32,000 nucleotides of DNA from a cyanobacterium endosymbiont of Braarudosphaera bigelowii (GCF_020885515.1 NZ_AP024987.1:150001-182000); one strand, 5' to 3'. Shown: positions 1 through 9,734, numbered from the stretch's first letter. Translations and numbers: made by a program. The notes: a model not told the origin generated them from the sequence alone.

Positions 1-528
1 TATGTGACTTTTAGTTTCTTATTATTTATATATCTCTGTTGGAAAAATTATAATTTAGAATCGCAGGTGGCTTTATCTACTATGGGTTTAATGACCATAG
101 TGACGCCTCTATTCCCTCAATCATATGAGCTAAGATACTATATGTATTGGATGATAGTTCTAGTGAGTTTAAATTCTTTTTTAACTTGCCAGTTAGTACA
201 AAAATCATCTAAAAAAACTGTTAATCCCAAAAATATTGCTCTAATTTCTACGATCTTTGTAATAGCTTTTATAGTTAAAACTAAATTTTTTTTTACTATT
301 CCTGAATTTGCATCTTTTGACAAACAAATTATAAGAGAGGATATTGTAGATCAAGATATAATGCGCAATATTAATAATGGAGATAATGTTTGTATTGTTA
401 ATAAAGCGCCTCATACCTTTCTATACAGTTCTTATTTTCATTTACCTAATCAATATTCTGTAAAAGCCGAGTTTAATATAGATTTAAACGAAGAAGAGTG
501 TAAAGGTAGAAAGATTTTAAAAAATTAA
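1..528 (+). CDS. Hypothetical membrane protein, C-terminal part (reading frame is open to the left window edge)
   Basis: ORF 4..528, with codon 1-3 also open. Hydrophobic segments are followed by a soluble tail. No family recognised. It lies 38 nt upstream of a GT39/ArnT-like gene on the same strand. Confidence 0.4.
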   Translation, partial: YVTFSFLLFIYLCWKNYNLESQVALSTMGLMTIVTPLFPQSYELRYYMYWMIVLVSLNSFLTCQLVQKSSKKTVNPKNIALISTIFVIAFIVKTKFFFTIPEFASFDKQIIREDIVDQDIMRNINNGDNVCIVNKAPHTFLYSSYFHLPNQYSVKAEFNIDLNEEECKGRKILKN

Positions 529-566
529 CACAATAATATCTAAAGTTTGAAATACTAGTTTTTCTG

Positions 567-2126
567 ATGCTAAAAATTCAACAACATTCTAAGATCTACC
601 TTGCTATTATTCTTATTTTTGCTTTTATATTGAGAGTAATATATCTAAATGAAATCCCAAATGGTTTTTTTACAGATGAAGCATCTAATGCTTATGATGC
701 CTATTCGGTCCTTCACACTTTAAAGGATCAATATGGAAAATTTTTGCCATGGTATTTTAAGTCAGCAAATGATTATCGTGAGGGATTATATATATATATT
801 ATGTTTCCTTTTATTAAAATTTTTGGCTTAAATCCACTTGGGGCAAGAATTATTTCATCTATTATTGGCACTCTAACAGTTTTAGTAACCTACTACCTGT
901 CTAAAGAAATTTTTAACCAGAAAGTTGGATTATTATCTTCTCTTTTTTTGGCGATAATCCCTTGGCATATTCATTTTAGTCGTGTAACTTTTCGGGCAAT
1001 TTTGGTTCCATTTTTATTTTGTTTAGGTTTATTATTTTTTATAAAAAGTTTTAAGTATCCTAAATATTTGATAGTATCTAGTTTTACATTTGCTGTAAGT
1101 ATTTATACTTATAACTCTGCAAGGCTTTTTATACCATTATTTTTAATTGGATTGGTGACCGTATATTGGAAACATCTTTGGGTCAATAAAAACCTTACAA
1201 TTATATCTTTTATAATTTTTCTTACAATATTTTTTCCTCAACTTATCCACCAATTATCTCCTGAAGGTATGGCTAGGGCCAATACAGTAGGAATTAAAAC
1301 AGATATAAGTATAGTATTTCGTAATTATTTATCTTACTTCAATCCTAAATTTTTGTTTTTTGAAGGTGATCCAAGTCCGCGTCACACGGTCAATAAGGTG
1401 GCTGGATTATTTGTATTCCAATTACCTTTGTTGATACTAGGTATAGTAAGTTTAACTAGGGAAATTAATCCTTATAAATCAGTTATTTTACTTTGGCTAG
1501 TATTATATCCAATTCCTGCTGCTTTTATCTCAGCAGATAGTGCTGTGAGAACATTAGTCGTCACACCTCTTTTTTCAATTATCTCAGCTTACACAATTTT
1601 TAAAATAATTGATATTTTTAATAAAAAATATCAATATATTGTTACGTGTTTAATGATTTCTATTCTTGTTTCTAATATAGCAATTTTTTGTAAACGATAT
1701 TTTATTGAATATCCAGGATGGCATACTGATGTTTGGCTATCTACCCTAGGAGAAACAATAAGTTATGCTAATCAAACTTCCTATGAATGTATTGTTTATA
1801 GTAATAATGCTTACGGAAATTATGCATATATACTCATCCCATTTTTTACACAAATACTTCCTGATGAATATCATAAATTTAATGTGGATGTTTCGGTAAA
1901 CCGGTTAGATATGGGTAGATGGAATATAAAAGAATTGGAGACTTCTGAAGATTTAAATACTAGCTGTCTTTATCTTCTAAGTGGTGATCCCAATGCTAAT
2001 AATCCGAAAGGACAGGATGGACAAACATTAAAAGCTAAAGGCTATGAAGAAAAATTTATTTATTCAATAAAAGATATTAAGAATCGTGAGTTTTTCCGCC
2101 TAGTAGAGATTAAAAAATCTTTATAA
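567..2126 (+). CDS. ArnT/PMT-like (GT39/GT83-type) polytopic membrane glycosyltransferase
   Basis: 519 aa with many TM helices. The N-terminal 'NGFFTDEASNAYDAYS' loop after TM1 resembles the D/E-containing first periplasmic loop of ArnT/PMT_2 family enzymes. Confidence 0.7.
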   Translation: MLKIQQHSKIYLAIILIFAFILRVIYLNEIPNGFFTDEASNAYDAYSVLHTLKDQYGKFLPWYFKSANDYREGLYIYIMFPFIKIFGLNPLGARIISSIIGTLTVLVTYYLSKEIFNQKVGLLSSLFLAIIPWHIHFSRVTFRAILVPFLFCLGLLFFIKSFKYPKYLIVSSFTFAVSIYTYNSARLFIPLFLIGLVTVYWKHLWVNKNLTIISFIIFLTIFFPQLIHQLSPEGMARANTVGIKTDISIVFRNYLSYFNPKFLFFEGDPSPRHTVNKVAGLFVFQLPLLILGIVSLTREINPYKSVILLWLVLYPIPAAFISADSAVRTLVVTPLFSIISAYTIFKIIDIFNKKYQYIVTCLMISILVSNIAIFCKRYFIEYPGWHTDVWLSTLGETISYANQTSYECIVYSNNAYGNYAYILIPFFTQILPDEYHKFNVDVSVNRLDMGRWNIKELETSEDLNTSCLYLLSGDPNANNPKGQDGQTLKAKGYEEKFIYSIKDIKNREFFRLVEIKKSL

Positions 2127-2309
2127 ACTAAACATCGCAATATAGACAGTGAATTAAATAAGGGAAGAAAATAATTAATATAGATTTACATCTTAAAATC
2201 CTATATTTTGAAAGGATAACAGTATTATTTAATTTTAAAAAAGAGATAACTAAACTAAAGTCTATAGAAATATTATAAAATTATTAAAAAATCAAGATTA
2301 TGGTTAATA

Positions 2310-3254
2310 ATGGCCAGTAACGTTAATTCTACTTTGTTTTCGACAATTCCAATTACACCTAAAAAATTTAAATCAGGATTTATAGGAATCATTGGTCGTC
2401 CTAATGTTGGTAAATCAACTATTATGAATCAGCTAGTAGGGCAAAAAATAGTAATTACCTCCAATGTTTCTCAAACTACTCGCAATCGCCTTAAGGGAAT
2501 TTTGACTACAGATACAGCACAGATGATTTTTGTTGATACTCCTGGGATCCACAAGCCTCACCATAATCTTGGCAAAATCATTGTCAAAAATGCAAAAATT
2601 ACAATTAATTCCGTAGATATTATTCTATTAGTTGTTGACAGTTCAACCTTATCTGGGGGAGGTGACCGTTATATTATTGATTTGTTAAAAAACAACAATA
2701 AACCAGTAATAGTAGGTCTTAATAAGAGTGATAAACAAACTTTTAATTATGAAGATCTTGATAAAAGTTACCTAAATTTGATAAAAACATATGAATGGCC
2801 AGTTGTTAAGTTCTCAGCTCTTACAAAAAAAGGCTTAAAAGACTTGCAGAATTTACTAACTAAAAACTTAGGCTATGGACCTTATTATTATCATCCTGAT
2901 TTAGTTACTGATCAACCGGAAAAATTCATTATTCAAGAGTTAATCAGAGAACAGGTTTTATGTTTAACCAGGCAAGAAATTCCTCATTCTGTGGCTATAG
3001 TCATTGAAAAGATAGAAGAAACATCTACTGTAACTAAAATTTTTGCTGCTATTAATGTAGAGAGAAATTCTCAAAAAGGTATTATCATAGGAAATAAGGG
3101 TAATATGCTCAAGTCGATTGGTGCTCAATCACGAATGCAAATCCAAAAACTTATTGCTGGAGAAGTATATTTAAAATTATTTGTTAAAGTTGAACCTAAC
3201 TGGAGATTCTCCAATACACGTTTAGCAGATTTTGGATATGGGTATGAAGAATAA
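2310..3254 (+). CDS. era: GTPase Era
   Basis: G1 'GRPNVGKST', G3 'DTPG', G4 'NKSD', and a C-terminal KH domain ('IIGNKGNMLKSIG'). Length of 314 aa is typical. Confidence 0.95.
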   Translation: MASNVNSTLFSTIPITPKKFKSGFIGIIGRPNVGKSTIMNQLVGQKIVITSNVSQTTRNRLKGILTTDTAQMIFVDTPGIHKPHHNLGKIIVKNAKITINSVDIILLVVDSSTLSGGGDRYIIDLLKNNNKPVIVGLNKSDKQTFNYEDLDKSYLNLIKTYEWPVVKFSALTKKGLKDLQNLLTKNLGYGPYYYHPDLVTDQPEKFIIQELIREQVLCLTRQEIPHSVAIVIEKIEETSTVTKIFAAINVERNSQKGIIIGNKGNMLKSIGAQSRMQIQKLIAGEVYLKLFVKVEPNWRFSNTRLADFGYGYEE

Positions 3255-3273
3255 TTAAAAAAAATTATAAGTA

Positions 3274-3303
3274 AAGTCGATTATTTAAAATAATCAACTT
3301 TTT
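3274..3303 (+). terminator. Weak AT-rich hairpin plus T-run downstream of era
   Basis: AAGT-C-GATTATT / TAA loop / AATAATC-A-ACTT, followed by TTT. It starts 20 nt after the era stop. The stem is almost all A/T. Confidence 0.35.
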
Positions 3304-3396
3304 GATGTTTAAAAGATTATTTGATAGAACTAGTTGTCGTAACAAAAAATAAGTTTGTACTCACTATAAAGACTTACAATTATCAATCTTTTAAGA

Positions 3397-3429
3397 AAAG
3401 TAGAGATGTTGTATCAACATCTCTACTTT
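3397..3429. terminator. 15-bp perfect hairpin, probable bidirectional terminator between convergent era and the EF-hand gene
   Basis: AAAGTAGAGATGTTG (3397-3411), loop TAT, CAACATCTCTACTTT (3415-3429). On the minus strand the stem runs into TTTTCTT, and on the plus strand into TTTG. Confidence 0.55.
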
Positions 3430-3491
3430 GAAATCAATTTTATGCTTTCTCGAAAAACCTGTACAAAGTGATTACTATAGCTAACTTTAAC

Positions 3492-5930
3492 TTAAAGATT
3501 AACTGTAGTTTTAAACTGTCCAAAGATTTTGCAGAATTCATCATAACTTAATTCATGATCACCACTAGTATCTGCTATCTTAAGCATTTGCTCAATTTGA
3601 CTATCTGATAGACCTGTATCAACATCTCTTAAGCATAATCTTAATTCTTCGAGACTGATATTTCCTGATCCATCCATATCGAAGAAACGAAAACGTTGCA
3701 ACATTGCTTCTTCTTGTGTGTTGGTTAAACTGCAATGCATAAGACTAGTAAATTCAGAAAAAGTCAGATCTTCACTACCACGACGACCAGTCATCATGTC
3801 CATGACTTCTTGAAGTCTTTCAGAAGAATAAGAACGACCTACTGCTCTTAATAAGGCATGTAATTCAGCCATTGATAGGGTGTTATTCCCATCTTTGTCA
3901 AATTTTTTGAATGCTTGTTGATAGAATACCATTTGTGTTTCATCAATTGGACCAACATTACAGGCTACTCCCTCTTTCCCTTGTGCAATAGCATCTATAT
4001 GCTCAATTGCGCTAAGAGTATATGCCATAGTTTTCCATAAATGATGAGGATTTGAATTAGTTAAAATATCTTGTTCTTCCTCAGGTGTGATGGAATATTC
4101 TTCCCGTATGTCTTCAACCATTTTCAACTCTTTGGCTGACAGTTTCGAAAGAACATCATTAAATGATTCAAATCCCTTTTTACCAATCATGATGTCATAA
4201 AGACTTAAAATAATTGCCTGATGAGGATGATCTTTAGAAGCTTCAACAATAGTGTCGAAAAGTGATTGACGATAACTTTCTTGTCTCAACCAATCTTCAC
4301 GATTTTTATCATCTCGTACTTCATGAATACTAGGATTCTCAACTTCAATTTCTGTTAACACTAAATCATGTTCCTTATCAGAAATATTAAGCTCTAGTCG
4401 AACCTGTTCAAACATTCCAAGGCTTGTTGCAGCATTAACATAACCTTCAGCTAATGTTTCTCTAACGATTCCTTTATAGGCTTGTAATCTCTTTTCTTTA
4501 TCAAATCCAGGAAGTATTTTAGCAAGAACATACACCTCATCAGCATGAAGATCGTCTAGTGATCTTCCTTCTAAGAATTGAGAAACATCAAGTTTTAATC
4601 TTCCTAATTGTTTACGAAGACGACCAGCTAAGCTTTCTCTTTGATATAGGTATGGGTTTCTAGGCCAGGTTCTGTATAGCCATAAAGAACTAACAATTGC
4701 CATTACTACAGGAAAAAGATATTCTAGTGATGCAGGCAATAGTCGAACTGCAGTACGACCACCAAAAACAAAGAAGAAGTTGTAAATTATAAATGTTCCT
4801 AATGCAAACATTCTGTGACGAACAATTTCATTATTGACCAACTTATGATGACGGAATAGATATGCTTTATAACGCTTCTCAATAAAACGTCCTAATAAAT
4901 AAGCTACTAAGCCAAATGCTGCAATAACTAGAGGGGCAGCAACTAATTTAGGGATGGGAATAGGAGTATTGAAAATATATAAACCAGGTCTAAATAAATC
5001 AGCTACCTGATCTTCATGAGTGTAAACACCAGCGAAATAATATTCCCAGTTACCTGCAAAAAGATAAAAATAAACAAAGAAACCGACAGTTAAACCAAAA
5101 TACCCATAATGGAGCCATTGTTGTTCAGGTTTTGTTATATTTTCCCAATATGTACGTTCTGCATCAATATCTATACAAGGAGTTTTACAAGCTACACAAG
5201 AACTAGTTTCTATACCCTCTGAATTAGTAGTACGACACATAGATTGTGTAACTAATTTTCGTTCTCCTTCGCCTTGATGAGCAGTACTATTAAGAAGTCC
5301 TCTAGGTTCTGCAAAAATTTTCTGTACAGGAGACATAGGACAAAAATACTGACACCAAGATTTTCCTCCAAATAAGAATCCTACTGATATTGCAGATAAA
5401 ATAGTTGCTACTAGGAAAAGTCCTAAGAGAAGACGATCTGAATTAACAAATAAAATACGGAGAGTAATTCCTATATAAAATAATACTAATTGCAGATATA
5501 AGTGATTACGACCTAACCAAGAGTTTTTATCAACTCTAGCTACTTCAACACGAGTCTTTCCTGTTATAACATCTACTCTTCTACGATGTCTTTGCCATCC
5601 TAAAGCACGAGGAATTTGAGATAGAAAAGACAAGGGGCAAATTCTTCTCCACAATTCATGACCACCTACCAATAAGGCCACTATACCTGTTGGAACAATC
5701 CAGCCCCAAAACAGGGCAGCTCCCATTGCATAAGGTTCTTCTTCTATGCAGTTTCCTTGAAGTTTTACACATACTGTATAGTCAAGAGCAAAAGGACTCC
5801 ATGTATTTTCTGGCTGTGTAAACCAAGGGGAAACTGGGTCCCAAAATAAGGAAAGAATGAGAACTAGCCAGCCAATAGCTAATACCCATCGCACATAGTG
5901 CATTTGTCGTTCAGGAATTCTCGCAAACAT
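3492..5930 (-). CDS. Polytopic membrane protein with NapH/FixG-like Cys motifs fused to four C-terminal EF-hand Ca2+-binding motifs
   Basis: 812 aa. The N-terminal ~440 aa has multiple TM helices with 'RRICPLSF', 'SWCQYFCPMSP' (CxxxCP) and 'C-x13-CVACKTPC'. The last 146 aa carry EF loops 'DKDGNNTLSMAE', a degenerate 'GRRGSEDLTFSE', 'DMDGSGNISLEE' and 'DTSGDHELSYDE'. Confidence 0.8.
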   Translation of the reverse strand: MFARIPERQMHYVRWVLAIGWLVLILSLFWDPVSPWFTQPENTWSPFALDYTVCVKLQGNCIEEEPYAMGAALFWGWIVPTGIVALLVGGHELWRRICPLSFLSQIPRALGWQRHRRRVDVITGKTRVEVARVDKNSWLGRNHLYLQLVLFYIGITLRILFVNSDRLLLGLFLVATILSAISVGFLFGGKSWCQYFCPMSPVQKIFAEPRGLLNSTAHQGEGERKLVTQSMCRTTNSEGIETSSCVACKTPCIDIDAERTYWENITKPEQQWLHYGYFGLTVGFFVYFYLFAGNWEYYFAGVYTHEDQVADLFRPGLYIFNTPIPIPKLVAAPLVIAAFGLVAYLLGRFIEKRYKAYLFRHHKLVNNEIVRHRMFALGTFIIYNFFFVFGGRTAVRLLPASLEYLFPVVMAIVSSLWLYRTWPRNPYLYQRESLAGRLRKQLGRLKLDVSQFLEGRSLDDLHADEVYVLAKILPGFDKEKRLQAYKGIVRETLAEGYVNAATSLGMFEQVRLELNISDKEHDLVLTEIEVENPSIHEVRDDKNREDWLRQESYRQSLFDTIVEASKDHPHQAIILSLYDIMIGKKGFESFNDVLSKLSAKELKMVEDIREEYSITPEEEQDILTNSNPHHLWKTMAYTLSAIEHIDAIAQGKEGVACNVGPIDETQMVFYQQAFKKFDKDGNNTLSMAELHALLRAVGRSYSSERLQEVMDMMTGRRGSEDLTFSEFTSLMHCSLTNTQEEAMLQRFRFFDMDGSGNISLEELRLCLRDVDTGLSDSQIEQMLKIADTSGDHELSYDEFCKIFGQFKTTVNL

Positions 5931-6180
5931 AAGCTGTGTTTTCCAACTCTATAGAGATAAAAAAGATTTCTCCAGGCTGATTTCACACTGGATAGTAAAT
6001 AGACTACACATTTTTATTATCCCTGATTTTACCCAGTTTTGGTAGAACTTCTTTATCTAGTAGAATAGATTGCTCATATACTAAAATCATATTGAGAAGC
6101 TACTTTAAATAAAAATTCTACAAATAGGTGCGATTAGTATAAGTACAGTCAACATTAATTCATCTAAAGTATAAAATCTA

Positions 6181-6208
6181 TAGGTATCCTTATAAAAAAG
6201 GATACCTA
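6181..6208 (-). terminator. Hairpin downstream of tRNA-Arg (possible terminator)
   Basis: TAGGTATCC (6181-6189) and GGATACCTA (6200-6208) form a 9-bp stem with a 10-nt A/T loop. It lies 166 nt downstream of the tRNA on the minus strand. There is no clean U-run. Confidence 0.3.
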
Positions 6209-6373
6209 CAGGTGATGTTCAGGAATGTCAAGCACAAATTGTTAGAATTAGGTTAAATGCTAAGTATCTGCAAATTTTCCTTTAAATTATTTGATCTACA
6301 ATTACATATTGAGATAAAAAATTAATCTTTTTAAACAAAAATATTGAAAATTTGCTCAAAAGTAGTTGGAAGA

Positions 6374-6446
6374 CGGGTGTGACAGGACTCGAACCTGTAG
6401 CCGACAGCTTAGAAGGCTGTTGCTCTATCCATTGAGCTACACACCC
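6374..6446 (-). tRNA. tRNA-Arg (anticodon UCU)
   Basis: The reverse complement folds as a cloverleaf. Acceptor GGGTGTG/CACACCC, D stem GCTC/GAGC, anticodon stem ACAGC/GCTGT with loop CT-TCT-AA, T stem ACAGG/CCTGT with loop TTCGAGT, discriminator G. CCA is not encoded. Confidence 0.93.
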
Positions 6447-6485
6447 ATAGAAGACATTGTAACGTTTTTTTAGATAAAGTACATC

Positions 6486-7163
6486 CTAAAATTCAAATTC
6501 ATTTAATCTTTTACGTAACATTTGTGGAAATCTAGCATAATACTGCTTATTAAGTGGTGAAGGATGAGGTAAAGGTAATAAATGAACTTTCCTTTCATAA
6601 TGTTTCCCGTGAAAATCTGTAGCTTTCAAAATTACAGTGAATTTAAGTTCATATCGGTCAGGACGCTTCCAAAACTCTTCAATTTTTCCAGCTTCGCAAT
6701 AAGGAGAAAACCACTTAAAAGCTTCTGTCCCCAAAGTAATAATTTGATTCCCTTGCCAATAAACCACTAACAACTGTTCAATAAATGGCCTAAATCTCTC
6801 TTTGACTTTATGTGAATATGCTTTATTTCCTGGAGGCTTATAAGGAACTGTGTTGGTTAAAAGAGCACGTCGACAAATTGATTGAACATCATCTTTTGTG
6901 ATAATTTCTCGAGAGTATAGTGTTCGATAAAACTCTTTACGAACTAACATACCTGAAGCGCCTATTAAAGGTTGTCCTTGGATAACTTCATCTCTACCCA
7001 AATCCCGGCCAAAAAAACAAATTTGAGTATTGAATTTTCCAGACGAAAGTATAGCTTCTGTAGGAATTTTCCCTGCAGATTTATATACAGAAATATCAAT
7101 GGGAAATTCTTGTCTTTCTGCTTCTTCACAAATTCTTCTTAAAAGAATTTCATAATCATTCAT
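6486..7163 (-). CDS. Uracil-DNA glycosylase superfamily protein (family 4/5-like, non-canonical motif A)
   Basis: 225 aa. C-terminal 'LLPLPHPSPLN' matches UDG motif B (HPS). The position of motif A (GEAPG in family 4) reads 'GRDLGRDE...GQPLIGASG'. Confidence 0.6.
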   Translation of the reverse strand: MNDYEILLRRICEEAERQEFPIDISVYKSAGKIPTEAILSSGKFNTQICFFGRDLGRDEVIQGQPLIGASGMLVRKEFYRTLYSREIITKDDVQSICRRALLTNTVPYKPPGNKAYSHKVKERFRPFIEQLLVVYWQGNQIITLGTEAFKWFSPYCEAGKIEEFWKRPDRYELKFTVILKATDFHGKHYERKVHLLPLPHPSPLNKQYYARFPQMLRKRLNEFEF

Positions 7164-7280
7164 TTGATAAAAATCATGAAATGTTTCTATTGTTTACAAC
7201 CTAATTGCGTAATAAAAAATTCATATTCTTTTTTACATACAACAATTAATTTAATTGAAATAGTATTCATTAAGCTTACT

Positions 7281-7296
7281 ACTTATAATTATAAGT
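7281..7296. promoter_or_regulatory. 16-nt perfect palindrome with a TATAAT hexamer on both strands, in a divergent promoter spacer
   Basis: ACTTATAATTATAAGT is its own reverse complement, so TATAAT reads in both directions. It lies about 120 nt from the UDG-like start (7163, minus) and about 80 nt from the plus ORF start at 7377. Confidence 0.3.
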
Positions 7297-7376
7297 TAAC
7301 ATACAATAATAAAAATAATAAATAAAATCATTATTTGATTTATTATTAAGAGTATAAATAAAATGATAATTATTAT

Positions 7377-7571
7377 ATGAATGGTAAAATAAAATTTATC
7401 TCTAAAATTACAATCTTTTCTTTTTTACTGTCTCTTGCTATAAAGCATCTAGCTCCTCTATACCCTGTTGAACCTAGTCAAACCAACATTTTGATAGGTA
7501 TCATAGTACTTCCCTTAATGGTTTTCCTTCTACTAGCATGGAAATATTGTGTTCAAACATACAAATTTTAA
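7377..7571 (+). CDS. Small hypothetical two-TM protein (doubtful)
   Basis: 64-aa ORF with two hydrophobic stretches, 50 nt upstream of the AI-2E transporter gene. No family recognised, and AT-rich DNA can produce such ORFs by chance. Confidence 0.3.
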   Translation: MNGKIKFISKITIFSFLLSLAIKHLAPLYPVEPSQTNILIGIIVLPLMVFLLLAWKYCVQTYKF

Positions 7572-7620
7572 ATTACATAATTTTTTATTTCTATCTTAAA
7601 CATCAAAATTGTAATTAATA

Positions 7621-8670
7621 ATGAATTTTGCTTATTGGACTGGTTTTGTTGTTTTATCATTTTCTTTTTATATTATATGGAAAGTTAGACAATTATTGAT
7701 CTTATTATTTACAGCAGTTGTTATTTCTAACTTTCTAAATCACGGAGTTCAAACTTTGCAAAGGTTTGGTATCAAACGTTTTTATTCAGTTCTGTTATTA
7801 ATTACGTTTTCACTAATAATATTATTAAAATTTTTTCTATATATTTTTTATCCATCTTCTGAACAATTTCCGGAACTTTTTCTGTTGGTTTCTCAAGGGA
7901 TTGATAGATTAACTTCTCCTATCCATGAGTTCACGATGCAGCTTGATCCAGACCTGACTAAGACATTTCCAAGTCTTGATAGAATTATCGAGCAACTGCA
8001 TCCATTATTCCAAAGAATCGCTGGACAGGGGCTGTCTGTATTCTATACAACTTTGGGAATTCCTTTAACTTTTTTATTGTTATTAATATTAAGTTTAATG
8101 TTGCTAGTTAATCCAACTGCATATCGACAAGGTTTTATTAGATTGTTTCCATTCTTTTATAGGTCAAGAATAGATTCAGCCCTAAGGAAATGTGATCTTT
8201 TCCTCAAAGGCGAATTACTAGCTTTATTGTTTAGGATGATAATAATTTTTGTCTTGGCTTTTACTGGATTATCAATATTAAAAATTCCTTTGAGTTTCAC
8301 TCAGGCACTTTTAATAATGATATTAAATTTATTTCCTAATATTGGACCAATCTTGAGCTTTATACCTCCAATGGCTATCGCTTCATTAGAAACTCCATTA
8401 AAATCTCTAATCGTTTTAGTGATCTTTATCCTTTTTTATTTAACTATTAGACAAATAGAAAATAGAATTATTACTCCTTTAATAATTAAAAGTAGAATAT
8501 CTTTACCTCCAGGGTTTATACTACTGTCCCAGGTTTTTTTCGCGACTTTTTTTGGAATCTTAGGATTTTTATTGGCTACACCTTTAACAATAATTATTTC
8601 AGTACTAGTAAAAGAAATTATAGTTGGAGATATTTTAGATAAATGGAATTCAAGCTATTTTTTAAAATAG
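7621..8670 (+). CDS. AI-2E family transporter (PerM/UPF0118)
   Basis: 349 aa with about 8 TM helices. The 'FPNIGPILSFIPP' region and overall layout are typical of the AI-2E/PerM family. Confidence 0.8.
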   Translation: MNFAYWTGFVVLSFSFYIIWKVRQLLILLFTAVVISNFLNHGVQTLQRFGIKRFYSVLLLITFSLIILLKFFLYIFYPSSEQFPELFLLVSQGIDRLTSPIHEFTMQLDPDLTKTFPSLDRIIEQLHPLFQRIAGQGLSVFYTTLGIPLTFLLLLILSLMLLVNPTAYRQGFIRLFPFFYRSRIDSALRKCDLFLKGELLALLFRMIIIFVLAFTGLSILKIPLSFTQALLIMILNLFPNIGPILSFIPPMAIASLETPLKSLIVLVIFILFYLTIRQIENRIITPLIIKSRISLPPGFILLSQVFFATFFGILGFLLATPLTIIISVLVKEIIVGDILDKWNSSYFLK

Positions 8671-8942
8671 AAATATATATCAAACAAAACTTCCCTGAAC
8701 AAAATTATAGAAGACTCTAAAAATAGAACTTCTCTAAAATATTACTATTAAAGCGAAAAGAGACAAAGATGAATCATTAAAATGAGTATCTATTAACGAT
8801 AAGAATCTTATCTTTACTTCATTTATTTTTTAAGGTGATCATTGATATAGGTATTTGATAATTTAACTAATAAGCCTGTTATTTATTAAATCGCATAAAA
8901 CCTTATATTTTAAGTATCTTCTTACGTCTAATTTCTAACTAT

Positions 8943-9734
8943 CTAAAATGATGTTGTTCCTTTTCCTTGGAACATTATCCATGATAAAAAAAAGTTAACA
9001 ACAAAGACGGCAAGTAAAGATGTGACGACTGCTGTCGTAGTAGATTGCCCTACTCCCTTAGCTCCTCCGCTAGTAGTTAATCCCCAACTACAACCAATAA
9101 CAGCAATTAACCCGCCAAAAGTAATAGCTTTAATAATGGAAGTCATCAAATCCCAAAATTCGAGAAAATTACGAACTGATGTAAGAAAAACATAAACAGA
9201 TATATCATATAAACCATTAGCAATCAGTAGTCCACCTGCCATACCAGTTATTAAGGAAAGAATGTTAAGTATGGGCAACATTAAGCAGCAAGCTAGAACT
9301 CGTGGAACAACTAGGTAATTGATAGGATCTGTTTTTAGCATATATAATGCATCGACTTGTTCCGTAACACGCATAGTTCCTATCTCAGCAGCAAAAGCTG
9401 ATCCAACACGACCAGCAACCACAACAGCGGTTAAAACAGGAGCTAATTCTCTGGTTAATGCTAATGCTAAAACTCCTCCAACTGTTGATACTGCTCCAAA
9501 ACTGATAAACTCTCTGGCTACTTGAATAGTAAAGACCATACCAACAAAAGCGGCAGTTATCATCGAGATTGTAAGTGATTCTGGACCTACAACACTCATT
9601 TGCTCTAATGTATTGCGCTTATGTATTTTAGCTTTTAGGATATGAAAAAAGACTTGTCCCCCTAGAAGAATAGCTGCTATTAACCTTTCAAACCAAATAC
9701 TTAGCCCTTTGCGAGAATGTGTAAGGTTTGTCAT
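8943..9734 (-). CDS. mlaE: MlaE-family ABC transporter permease (Ycf63/TGD1-like lipid transport permease)
   Basis: 263 aa. 'ELAPVLTAVVVAGRVGSAFAAEIGTMRVTEQVDAL' is the characteristic MlaE/Ttg2B signature region. Confidence 0.85.
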   Translation of the reverse strand: MTNLTHSRKGLSIWFERLIAAILLGGQVFFHILKAKIHKRNTLEQMSVVGPESLTISMITAAFVGMVFTIQVAREFISFGAVSTVGGVLALALTRELAPVLTAVVVAGRVGSAFAAEIGTMRVTEQVDALYMLKTDPINYLVVPRVLACCLMLPILNILSLITGMAGGLLIANGLYDISVYVFLTSVRNFLEFWDLMTSIIKAITFGGLIAVIGCSWGLTTSGGAKGVGQSTTTAVVTSLLAVFVVNFFLSWIMFQGKGTTSF

